From sequence record MZ506873: a DNA stretch of 45,161 bases; one strand, given 5' to 3'. Shown here piece after piece: positions 36,257 through 44,424 of the stretch. The translations under genes were made by a program, and so were the position numbers. Below the pieces are notes generated by a model. The model was not told where the DNA came from. It searched no databases and worked only from the letters and a program-made list of their open reading frames with translations. The first letter of the stretch is position 1. Every line of letters begins with the position of its first letter. Source of the DNA: Escherichia phage KW1E_UTAR.

Positions 36257-36278
36257 AGCCCCTTCGGGGGCTTTTTTA
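36257..36278 (+). terminator. rho-independent terminator after the J-like gene
   Basis: AGCCCC-ttcg-GGGGCT hairpin followed by TTTTTT. Confidence 0.65.
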
Positions 36279-36290
36279 TTGGGGGTTATC

Positions 36291-36605
36291 ATGCCGCAAG
36301 GCTTGCAAGCTTGGGACGCGTCAGGGCGTATTGTGGTGGACCTGGGGGACTATTCGACAAGGTTCATCAGGTCACTGACTGTCAACCTACCAGCCAATCA
36401 GGTCGCCGTTAATGTGGCGGTGGCTGGCGTTACCGACACCGGACACTTCGCCGTAATCACGAAGGGAAACGAGTCGATCGTGTCTGGTCTGCTTATGACG
36501 TCGTTAACTGCCGTAACGAGGAACGGCGGGGTCTGGGTTATTGCCCTTGACGGGGCGCTGACTCTTGCCCGATCTGTAGTGGTCGACATTTACGCGTTTA
36601 CATAA
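36291..36605 (+). CDS. hypothetical protein, paralogue of the next gene (tail-associated?)
   Basis: N-terminus MPQGLQAWDASGRIVVD matches MSGFQVWNEAGALTID of the 36615 gene. Confidence 0.45.
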   Translation: MPQGLQAWDASGRIVVDLGDYSTRFIRSLTVNLPANQVAVNVAVAGVTDTGHFAVITKGNESIVSGLLMTSLTAVTRNGGVWVIALDGALTLARSVVVDIYAFT

Positions 36606-36614
36606 GGAGGGGGT

Positions 36615-37253
36615 ATGTCAGGTTTTCAGGTATGGAATGAGGCTGGCGCTCTGACCATTGATTCAGATAACAGGCACACGATCGTGACCGCTCAATCGAC
36701 GCCAGGGCTAACTGACGTCGGGGCATATGGCGGGGCCACGCCATTCGGAGACTGGAAGGAGTTAGGATATTTGACCCCGGCAGCGATGCCAGTCCAGAAC
36801 AATTTATACTGGGTCAGGCTCAACACTAACGCGTGGTGCTTCCCTGGCGCGTGGATGTTTAAGCCTGGAACATTCCAGATCATCACGACGTCAAGAACTC
36901 AAGCGCTTACTTCTGGAATTCTTGACGTTTATAATTCTGCTGGTGGCCTGATCTGGTCGGCTGTATCAGCCCAGAACATGCCACGAACAAGGCAGATTGT
37001 TTCCATCACTTCCGCCGCCGACAATGCTGTAGCAAGCGTGACGCCTGGGTTCAGTCCGTGGTTCCTTATGGGGGCCTGTCCGGGTAACTACTCATACGAC
37101 GGCGAAACGACTGGGTATTCAGGTTTAATTTTTAGATGGACGGGAACCCAGTTACAATATGCATGGGTTAGAAAGAACCAGAAGACATTCGCGGAAACGT
37201 TCGGCGGAAGAGGCGGATTAAGAATTCCACTGGCTGAATTCCCTGGGAGGTAG
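36615..37253 (+). CDS. hypothetical protein, paralogue of the previous gene (tail-associated?)
   Basis: Strong RBS AAGGAGGGGG; shared N-terminal motif with the 36291 gene. Confidence 0.55.
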   Translation: MSGFQVWNEAGALTIDSDNRHTIVTAQSTPGLTDVGAYGGATPFGDWKELGYLTPAAMPVQNNLYWVRLNTNAWCFPGAWMFKPGTFQIITTSRTQALTSGILDVYNSAGGLIWSAVSAQNMPRTRQIVSITSAADNAVASVTPGFSPWFLMGACPGNYSYDGETTGYSGLIFRWTGTQLQYAWVRKNQKTFAETFGGRGGLRIPLAEFPGR

Positions 37254-37259
37254 ATCAGC

Positions 37260-39110
37260 ATGGCACAAGGCACAATCAAAGTAACAAACGGTAGCGTCGA
37301 CGTTGTCGGGACCGGGACGGCATTCACCAGCATGAAGGCTGGCAGCTTCCTAACGTTCGTCCTGACTGGCGTGGCGTACACTGTAGCGATCGACAGCATT
37401 CAAAGCGCCACAGCGCTGAAGCTGGCGGTCAAGTTCGACGGACCGACTACCAGCGGCGTGGCGTTCAATGAATCACCTGTCGGCTCTATGGCGCTGGCGA
37501 CGATGGGCGTCACCGTTCAGGCCCAGAAAGCGCTTCGCATGATGATCGCCGACCAAACGAACTGGCGAGAAGTGTTCAGCAATAAGCAGACCATCACTGT
37601 AACCCTCCCAGACGGAACGCAGTATTCCGGCTATTCTTGGGGCTACATTAGCGACCTGCTGAAGGAAATTAACATCCCGGCGCTGGAGGGCATTCGCGAC
37701 CAGACGATCGCGGCTCGCAACCAGGCGCAGACCTACGCGACTAACGCTTCGAACTCAGCGACGTCAGCAAACACGGCGAACACTGGCGCACAGGCGGCGA
37801 AGACGGCAGCAGAGACAGCCAGGACAGGGGCACAGACGGCGCAGCAGGGAGCGGCAGCCTCAGCCACCACAGCAGGGGCAGCGGCTACCACAGCCACCAA
37901 TAAAGCCACAGAAGCCACTAACCAGGCGGCGCTGGCGAAGCAGTACGCCGACAGCGTCAACCCGGCTAACCTGCTGGCGAAGGCGAACAACCTGTCAGAC
38001 GTGCCGGACAAGGCCGCAGCAAGAACAAACTTGCAGATCAACAGATTCAACCAGGACTCAGCGACAGAAACAAGAGTGCTTTCTGGTGATGGTTCTCAGG
38101 CAGTGATTGTTTCAAATAGTGCGGCGTGGGGTGTTTATAAATTTGGATCTGGATGGATTCCGCTTGGGGTTGGTCAAGGTGGAACTGGATCTACATCGGC
38201 GGCTGGAGCGAGATCCAATCTTGGGGCCATTGGTGTTGGAGAGTATGGCTGGGGTGCTAACTCTATTCCAACGTGGGACCTTAGCGGGAACGTTGCTGCT
38301 GGGCTTTACAATACAGGGATTAACAATAGCGTATGGGGTAGCACTGGGGGATTAACACTTCATATGCCTCAGGGTGGAAATTGGGGTTTTGATATCTGCG
38401 TTCCTGCTGGTGGTCAGCCTGGGCTTGCTGTTAGAACCTATAACGGATCTGGTGCTGGTCTTAACTTTGTTAAGATGATGCACGCGCAGACCGGATCGAA
38501 TGCTGTTATCACGACAAACGCAAACTCAATTCAGGAGCCGGGATTGAGTAATGGTATTGTTCAGCACACAGCATCAAACAACATGCCAACCACTGCAACA
38601 AACAACTATAACTATTTGCAAGTTATTAGCAGGGGGCTTGGTGACAATGCGGCGTGGCAGCAATTCGCCCTGCCTTACGCAACGCAAACGGACGCTGGGA
38701 GGATGTTCTTTAGGGGGTGGAACACAAACACATTCTCACCATGGAAAGAGATATCAACAGTTCCTGTGTCCGATGAAAGACTAAAGGATGTAAAGGGTAA
38801 TCTTAATGTTGAGTGTTCACTCGATAACATAAACAGAATGGAGTTCAAGATCTTCAAGTACCTTAACGACTCCCCTGAAAGATCTGCGCGGCGTGGATTA
38901 ATCTCGCAACAGATAAGATGGATTGATCGTGAGTACGTGAAGGAAATCGGCGGTTATTATCATCTTGACGAGACTCCGCTAATGCTTGACGGTCTTGCGG
39001 CAATCAAGGCACTTCGCGCCCGCGACGTTGAAAATAAGGGGCGGATCGAAAAACTGGAAAGTGATATTGAAGAGTTAAAATTGCTGCTTGCTTCCATGGC
39101 GGCTAAATAA
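37260..39110 (+). CDS. tail fibre protein with C-terminal intramolecular chaperone (peptidase S74-like) domain
   Basis: Ala/Thr/Gln-rich repeat shaft, Gly-rich distal domain, C-terminal SDERLK...coiled-coil module starting at about 38769. Confidence 0.8.
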   Translation: MAQGTIKVTNGSVDVVGTGTAFTSMKAGSFLTFVLTGVAYTVAIDSIQSATALKLAVKFDGPTTSGVAFNESPVGSMALATMGVTVQAQKALRMMIADQTNWREVFSNKQTITVTLPDGTQYSGYSWGYISDLLKEINIPALEGIRDQTIAARNQAQTYATNASNSATSANTANTGAQAAKTAAETARTGAQTAQQGAAASATTAGAAATTATNKATEATNQAALAKQYADSVNPANLLAKANNLSDVPDKAAARTNLQINRFNQDSATETRVLSGDGSQAVIVSNSAAWGVYKFGSGWIPLGVGQGGTGSTSAAGARSNLGAIGVGEYGWGANSIPTWDLSGNVAAGLYNTGINNSVWGSTGGLTLHMPQGGNWGFDICVPAGGQPGLAVRTYNGSGAGLNFVKMMHAQTGSNAVITTNANSIQEPGLSNGIVQHTASNNMPTTATNNYNYLQVISRGLGDNAAWQQFALPYATQTDAGRMFFRGWNTNTFSPWKEISTVPVSDERLKDVKGNLNVECSLDNINRMEFKIFKYLNDSPERSARRGLISQQIRWIDREYVKEIGGYYHLDETPLMLDGLAAIKALRARDVENKGRIEKLESDIEELKLLLASMAAK

Positions 39111-39139
39111 AAAAAGGGGCCGAAAGGCCCCTATTTTTT
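39109..39139. terminator. bidirectional rho-independent terminator
   Basis: A7-AGGGGCC-gaaa-GGCCCCT-ATTTTTT between convergent tail fibre (+) and replication-block (-) transcription. Confidence 0.65.
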
Positions 39140-39238
39140 ACCGCTCTTTCTGTGCTTCCATTCCGCCCAGAACACGAATCCCATTCCAACGAAGTACGCC
39201 GCGAACAGCCACGCCGTAACAATCAAGAACGGCTTCAT
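39131..39238 (-). CDS. 35-aa hydrophobic micro-protein (MKPFLIVTAWLFAAYFVGMGFVFWAEWKHRKSGKK)
   Basis: Hand-translated; ATGA overlap with the stop of the HTH gene; stop codon inside the terminator hairpin. Confidence 0.35.
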   Translation of the reverse strand: MKPFLIVTAWLFAAYFVGMGFVFWAEWKHRKSGKK

Positions 39239-39432
39239 TCAGTCACCGTGATCACGTCATGCCACTGGCAACCCAGGACGCCGGACAGCTTCAGGCAAGT
39301 CTCAGGTGTAGGGACTTCCTTGCCAGCTTCATACTGGCTAATGCGCGGCTGGCTTACGCCGGACTGGATGGACAGCGCGCGCTGTGACAGACCAGCTTTT
39401 TCGCGCAGCTCTTTAATGTTAGTGGTGATCAT
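39235..39432 (-). CDS. XRE-family HTH transcriptional regulator (Cro/CI-like)
   Basis: LREKAGLSQRALSIQSGVSQPRISQYEAG is a classic XRE helix-turn-helix. Confidence 0.7.
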   Translation of the reverse strand: MITTNIKELREKAGLSQRALSIQSGVSQPRISQYEAGKEVPTPETCLKLSGVLGCQWHDVITVTE

Positions 39433-39467
39433 TGTCTCTTTCCTCTTCCGTAATTTGTGAGGGCCAT

Positions 39468-39496
39468 ATTATCACGGCCCCGTCATTATTGTCTAA
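39468..39496 (-). promoter_or_regulatory. sigma70-like promoter (TTAGAC-N17-GATAAT) for the HTH gene, overlapped by a short GC-clamped inverted repeat
   Basis: Minus strand reads TTAGACaataatgacggggccgtGATAAT; GGGCC...GGCCC at 39461-39480. Confidence 0.4.
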
Positions 39497-39502
39497 CCGT
39501 TA

Positions 39503-39976
39503 TCAGAACGGGATATCATCGTCGAACCCGCTGGTCTGCTGCTGACGCTGTGGAGCTTGCTGCTGTGGCTGTCGCTGTGGCTGCTGTGTCTGCTGGCGTG
39601 GCTGTGAAGGCTGCTGTGGTTCACCCCATCCGCCGCCCTGTGGCGTCTTCTGACCAAAGAGAAGTTTAGGATCTACCATTTCAAGGGTGATATAGGTCTG
39701 CCCGTTATTACCTTCACGCTGATCGATGTTAAGCGCCTCAGACTGGATGGACACGATCTTACCCTTCACCAGGATGTCGTCATAAAAGGCGATCGCCGCC
39801 GGGGTCTTCGCGAACAGGGTGGCCTTATAGTTCGTGTAAACGCGTTCGTTATTCTGTCGGCGATCCTTGAACGATTCGGACATGTCCACGCCGTACATAA
39901 CATACGTACCGTTATTGTTGCTTCCTTCCTTGCGGAACACGTCGCGGCGAATCTCGCCTGTGATAATGTGTGGCAT
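39503..39976 (-). CDS. ssb: single-stranded DNA-binding protein
   Basis: Gln/Pro-rich linker and acidic C-terminal tip DDDIPF typical of SSB. Confidence 0.85.
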   Translation of the reverse strand: MPHIITGEIRRDVFRKEGSNNNGTYVMYGVDMSESFKDRRQNNERVYTNYKATLFAKTPAAIAFYDDILVKGKIVSIQSEALNIDQREGNNGQTYITLEMVDPKLLFGQKTPQGGGWGEPQQPSQPRQQTQQPQRQPQQQAPQRQQQTSGFDDDIPF

Positions 39977-40021
39977 AACGTTAAATCCTTAATATGCGGC
40001 CCGCTGTGGGCCGCTAATAGT

Positions 40022-40720
40022 TTAGAAGTCCCCGAACTCGCCTTCTTGCGCTTGAGCGTCCTGTGGCGGTTCTGGCTGGATATTTTCGCCTGTTTCCGCC
40101 TGAACCACAACCGCGCGCCCTTTCCTGGCGTTCCCACGGTCGTCTGGGTTGAACTTAACCGTCCCGGCGTTTTCCAGTTCGACCTTGCGCTTCGTGTAGG
40201 CGTCGCGAAGGATCTGGAGCGATGCCCGATCATTCGCGAATCGTTCGGTGATCTCTCTGGACATGCCGTTCAGCGCGCCGATGTCAGGGGCTTCCATCAT
40301 TTCACGCTTCCAGTCTGACGCGGTCTTGATAGCCTTCACGCCGTCGTCGTCTGTCGCGTTCAGGTCGAAGATCGACATCTTCGCATAGCGCCGGGCGTAT
40401 GTGTTCGTGGAGCCGAACCCTTGAGCGTCGTTTTTAGCCAGCGGGATCTGTGTCTCAAAGGTCATGGACTGGCCTGATTCGACGTGTATCAGGATGGTTT
40501 CCAGGATCAGGATATCCTTCGATTGATACTCTTTGTGAATCGGGCATTGAATCAGTACCAGCCCGGCTTCGGTAAGCGCTGGGTTAATGGCTTCAGCTAC
40601 CGCCGTCAGGTCGGCGTAAGTGCTTCGCGTATTGTTCTTGTTCTTTACTGGGTCGACGACCAGGCGGCGACACTCAGCGAACGCCTTCAGCACTTTGTCG
40701 GATGGGGTGGATAAAATCAA
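40022..40720 (-). CDS. ERF-family single-strand annealing protein
   Basis: TYADLTAVAEAINPALTEAGLVLIQ pattern resembles ERF; start chosen at TTG 40720, 7 nt after AAGGAG (track start 40759 lacks an RBS). Confidence 0.65.
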   Translation of the reverse strand: MILSTPSDKVLKAFAECRRLVVDPVKNKNNTRSTYADLTAVAEAINPALTEAGLVLIQCPIHKEYQSKDILILETILIHVESGQSMTFETQIPLAKNDAQGFGSTNTYARRYAKMSIFDLNATDDDGVKAIKTASDWKREMMEAPDIGALNGMSREITERFANDRASLQILRDAYTKRKVELENAGTVKFNPDDRGNARKGRAVVVQAETGENIQPEPPQDAQAQEGEFGDF

Positions 40721-40744
40721 TTTTAAACTCCTTCTGTTTTGGTG

Positions 40745-40770
40745 GGCGTAATATACCAATATATTACGCC
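40745..40770. promoter_or_regulatory. perfect 11-bp inverted repeat with 4-bp spacer (GGCGTAATATA ccaa TATATTACGCC) in the ERF leader
   Basis: Read directly; lies between exonuclease and ERF genes on the transcribed minus strand. Confidence 0.5.
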
Positions 40771-40780
40771 TGACACAATA

Positions 40781-41851
40781 TTATTTAGCTGTTTCCAGAT
40801 CTTCCCAAAGGTGCTTAAACTCACGTTCAACGTAGAACGGAGGGTCAAGATCGATCGGGTTCCCACCGCCGTATGTCGTCCAGTGGTCGTTATCCTTCGC
40901 GAACTTGTACATCGCCAGCGCCTGGCGAAGCGCCGCTGTACCGATAAGCAGGGTCTTGCGCGTCATGCGGAACTCTTCAGGGATGAACGGCGCGTCCTTT
41001 TCCTGCGCCAGCAGAACGACGCCTTTCGGGTTACGTCCCCACACTGCCCGGAACGCGTGGAACTGAAGCGCCATTTTCATATGGTAGCCCAGATCGAACG
41101 CCTTCCGGCGGAACTTGTCCGTCTGACATGAATCAGTCGTCTTGTAGTCCCAGATCTCACCGTCATCTGTCAGGCGGTCCCAGCGGACCTTAACCTTTAC
41201 GCCGAACAGTTCGAAGAAGACAGACACTTCAGACTTACCGCCGTGAATGACGCGGTGATACTGTGGGTTATTCAGGATGACTTCGCGCATCCTCATACAC
41301 TTGTCGAAGTCCTCCGCCGGGACCTGTACGCGTTCACCTGCTTCTTCCTTCGCAGCCTTCTCGACCTCATGCCAGAAGACAGGCATCACTTCATCACCGC
41401 CGTTTTCCTGGGAGGAAATGACAGCCTGACGGATTGTTTCCGCCAGCGCTGCAGGATCACTATTTGAGCGCCCGGCAAGTCCGCGCTCTTTGGCCCATCG
41501 TTGCATGGCAGCCACAGACGTCAGTGGCGCGAAGGTGACATTCCCTTCGTCGTCGCGGGTCGTGTAGTCCTCAGGGCAAGGCATACGGAAGAACTCAGCG
41601 TCGAAGCGATCAGGTTCAAGCATCATGGCGTGTGACGTGGTCCCAAAGACCAGCGCCTTCGACTTCTGCTTCTTCTCTTCGCTGTCCTCATAGCGCCATT
41701 TTGCCAAGCATAGCTGGTACATCTTCCATAATGAAGTCCCGCTTATATGGTCTTCGTCCTTGTGGTAGTCTTCGTTGCTCAGTTCGTCAGCGTAGAAGAT
41801 GATCGGCTGATATGGCTCCGGCGCTACTTGATCGATAATCTGGTCTGTCAT
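40781..41851 (-). CDS. recombination exonuclease, PD-(D/E)XK superfamily
   Basis: VRWDRLTDDGEIWDYKTT resembles a D...(D/E)xK core; sits beside ERF and SSB; start chosen at ATG 41851 after GAGGAAA (track 41911). Confidence 0.65.
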   Translation of the reverse strand: MTDQIIDQVAPEPYQPIIFYADELSNEDYHKDEDHISGTSLWKMYQLCLAKWRYEDSEEKKQKSKALVFGTTSHAMMLEPDRFDAEFFRMPCPEDYTTRDDEGNVTFAPLTSVAAMQRWAKERGLAGRSNSDPAALAETIRQAVISSQENGGDEVMPVFWHEVEKAAKEEAGERVQVPAEDFDKCMRMREVILNNPQYHRVIHGGKSEVSVFFELFGVKVKVRWDRLTDDGEIWDYKTTDSCQTDKFRRKAFDLGYHMKMALQFHAFRAVWGRNPKGVVLLAQEKDAPFIPEEFRMTRKTLLIGTAALRQALAMYKFAKDNDHWTTYGGGNPIDLDPPFYVEREFKHLWEDLETAK

Positions 41852-41871
41852 GTTATGTTTCCTCTGCAAAT

Positions 41872-41898
41872 AAAAAAAGGGGCCTTCTATCCGGCCCC
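41872..41898 (-). terminator. minus-strand hairpin plus U7 (internal terminator or attenuator)
   Basis: Minus strand reads GGGGCC-ggatagaa-GGCCCC followed by TTTTTTT, between the VRR-NUC-like and exonuclease genes. Confidence 0.45.
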
Positions 41899-41907
41899 TG
41901 TAATATC

Positions 41908-42378
41908 TCATTCTGTGATTACGCCGTCAAGATACCAGCGCATAAAAATCATAAAACTTTTCCATCCATAGCAGACGACGCCGAACCCTCCGCCTTTTAT
42001 GGACTTCACCAGCCATTCAGATTGTTCTTCGCTTACCGCCGAAGCTAGTGTCTTCGTGGCCCGCTTTAACTCCACAGCGGCGAACCCGAACCGCCCACAG
42101 TGGGACCTGTGATTCACCTGGATGTCACTCGCTCCCTTCTCAAGTCCCATCTGGCGAAGCTGGCTTCTGTACTGCGCCGGAAGGTCTGCCGACTCGTTCA
42201 CGATGTGGCAGATAGCGACGTCCTTCCAGTGCTTCCGCCAGTGGCTAGCGCAGTCGATTTGGTGTAGCTTTTCGACGCGCTTGTCGGTCTTGTCCATGCT
42301 GTAAAGTTCGCAATATCCAGCGGGGTTCATGGACAGCGCCAGCGGGATCCTGTTCTTGTCAGATATCAAACGATTCAT
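41908..42378 (-). CDS. VRR-NUC-like nuclease (tentative)
   Basis: GASDIQV...FAAVELKRA...SEEQSEW...GGGFGVVCYG resembles VRR-NUC; follows the helicase with a 20-nt overlap. Confidence 0.5.
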   Translation of the reverse strand: MNRLISDKNRIPLALSMNPAGYCELYSMDKTDKRVEKLHQIDCASHWRKHWKDVAICHIVNESADLPAQYRSQLRQMGLEKGASDIQVNHRSHCGRFGFAAVELKRATKTLASAVSEEQSEWLVKSIKGGGFGVVCYGWKSFMIFMRWYLDGVITE

Positions 42379-44350
42379 CTACAAATACCTTTCTTGTAAT
42401 AACGTCTTTACGACCATTTTCCACCTTTCTGTGGGTCACTTTTACCGGTGCCATAAATTTATGGATGTGGCCCATTAATGCCTTTGCGTCCCTGATCTTC
42501 GACAGCGCGGCTCGCTCTTTCGGGTCCAGGACGTGCTTGTTAATGCCATTGTTGCGCCAGTGCATCCTTGCCCCTGGGTTCGTACTGGCGGGCCAGAATA
42601 TTTCCCACGCTCTGAAGGTGGCTTCGCCCTGGTTCCCGATGTCATAGCAGAACGCCAGGCCAGCGCCGTCCTTCGTCGGCTCGATCTTGAACCCACGGAC
42701 GTTGACGAAGTCGTCCTGTGTGTAGTTCTTCCGGTCAAGCTGCTTGTTAGGGTCAATAAGGCGCGCGCCACATCCACGACAGAACCGCGCGACAATGTCG
42801 TTCTCCACGCCACATCCGGCCTGAATGAATTCACCGCGATCGCCGTGAACGTCTTCGCACACGCGGGACTTCCAGAAGTATTCACAGCGCGCTTCGCTGC
42901 CGTCCGGCTGGGTAATCATGTTCGAACAGCGGCGGGCGTGTTCGCCGTTCTGGTGTCCACAGTCCGGGCAGTGCTTATATGACGCGTCACGGACGTCTTT
43001 CACGTACTGGTATTGCTCAAGCATCGGTGAGAAGTAAAGTTCAGCAAGGCAGTCCATAGCCCCGGCGTAGTCCAGAACCAGGTTGTTAATCTTCACGATA
43101 CCCAGTTCGACGTGGTAGTCCTTCAGTTTGCGCATACCGCGCCCGATAAGCTGGGTGATTAGCGTCAAGCTGCCAATCCTGCGAAGGATGACTATCGTGT
43201 CCCACGGCGGAACGTTCACACCAGTGGTAAGACAACCCACCTGGAATATGAACTTCAGCTTCCCGTCATAAGCCTCTTTCAGCATCCGGCGGCGATCTGC
43301 TTTTGAGGTCTTATCTGTCACGATGCCGTATGACACGCCAGGCGGAAGCGCTGCCGCCGCTTCCTGGCAGTGTTTTTGCCCGGCACACGTAACCAGTACA
43401 CAGTTGCGGTTCTTCGTCTTCTCTACCACATCCAGCATGATCTTCTGTGTCATGCTGCCCTGCGCAAGTATGCGCTTCTGCATTTCGTTTAGCTGCGCGT
43501 CGCTGAAGTCACCAGCCCCGTCATTGCCGTCACTTTCGAACCCTTCCAGATCGTAGGTCATTTCCTCTTCGATGGTCCCGAAGTCAGTCGGAACTACCGC
43601 GCCGAAGTCGACCAGATATTCCGTGGAAATATCCACGATGACCTTACGCCAGAATCCTGGCGTCGACATGTCCGTGTTCACGATCGGCTGTATGCCACGA
43701 TAGTCTGTTCCGGTGTACCCGATGACGACTAGCGGCTTCCCGTACTTTTCCATGCATCGGCGCTGTAGTTCACGGATGATAAGGGTGTAGCCTTTGCGTC
43801 CGGCATCAATCATCTTTTCAAGCGTGTCTTCTGGGTGGTAAGCCCGGCCCTTCTTCTGGACCATAGTTTCCTGTGAGTCGACCAGGTCGTCGACGTCGAC
43901 ATGGTGGCATTCATCGATCGCCAGTATGCGCGGGACGTAGTCCTTCAGTCGCTTGTTCAACGCATTAACGACGGTCCCTTCCGACCCGACAATGACAGGG
44001 TAAAACGTGGACTTTCGACCCAGCGACGCGCAGAAGATGGAGTTCTCTACGCCGAAGTTGAGCATTTCGGCGGCGTCCTGTTCGACGATCTCACCCTGGC
44101 GTGAAAGAACCATCATTCCCCAGTTAATCTTTCGAGCGCGGCGCGCCAGCAGTGAAATCAGCGTGGTCTTACCTGCTGACACGGCAGCCTTGATAATGAA
44201 CGGGGCCTGATAGCCGTTTATCTCTTTCGATGTCTCGTTATGCGTGGCCCACTGGTATGAATACGGTTCGTATGGGGTCACGCCTACGCCAGCCTTCAGG
44301 CGTGACAGGTCCATGTCTGCAATCTGTTCAGTAATAGACTTTACCAACAT
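42359..44350 (-). CDS. superfamily-2 DNA helicase (DEAH-like) with C-terminal zinc ribbons
   Basis: Walker A AAVSAGKTT, DECH box LAIDECHHVD, CPDCGH...CRGCGARL zinc-ribbon-like motifs. Confidence 0.8.
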   Translation of the reverse strand: MLVKSITEQIADMDLSRLKAGVGVTPYEPYSYQWATHNETSKEINGYQAPFIIKAAVSAGKTTLISLLARRARKINWGMMVLSRQGEIVEQDAAEMLNFGVENSIFCASLGRKSTFYPVIVGSEGTVVNALNKRLKDYVPRILAIDECHHVDVDDLVDSQETMVQKKGRAYHPEDTLEKMIDAGRKGYTLIIRELQRRCMEKYGKPLVVIGYTGTDYRGIQPIVNTDMSTPGFWRKVIVDISTEYLVDFGAVVPTDFGTIEEEMTYDLEGFESDGNDGAGDFSDAQLNEMQKRILAQGSMTQKIMLDVVEKTKNRNCVLVTCAGQKHCQEAAAALPPGVSYGIVTDKTSKADRRRMLKEAYDGKLKFIFQVGCLTTGVNVPPWDTIVILRRIGSLTLITQLIGRGMRKLKDYHVELGIVKINNLVLDYAGAMDCLAELYFSPMLEQYQYVKDVRDASYKHCPDCGHQNGEHARRCSNMITQPDGSEARCEYFWKSRVCEDVHGDRGEFIQAGCGVENDIVARFCRGCGARLIDPNKQLDRKNYTQDDFVNVRGFKIEPTKDGAGLAFCYDIGNQGEATFRAWEIFWPASTNPGARMHWRNNGINKHVLDPKERAALSKIRDAKALMGHIHKFMAPVKVTHRKVENGRKDVITRKVFVDESFDI

Positions 44351-44424
44351 GTTTTTTGTCCTTGCGTTAATGAATGTTCGGTCGTATTCTGTGCCCGTAA
44401 TATTGATATGTCAAGGGGTATAAA

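Noticed and set aside
37733-38050. Minus-strand 105-aa ORF (Ala/Val-rich) inside the tail fibre gene
   Set aside because: Antisense to the Ala/Thr-rich repeat region of a well-supported gene; low-complexity mirror translation; no RBS or operon context.
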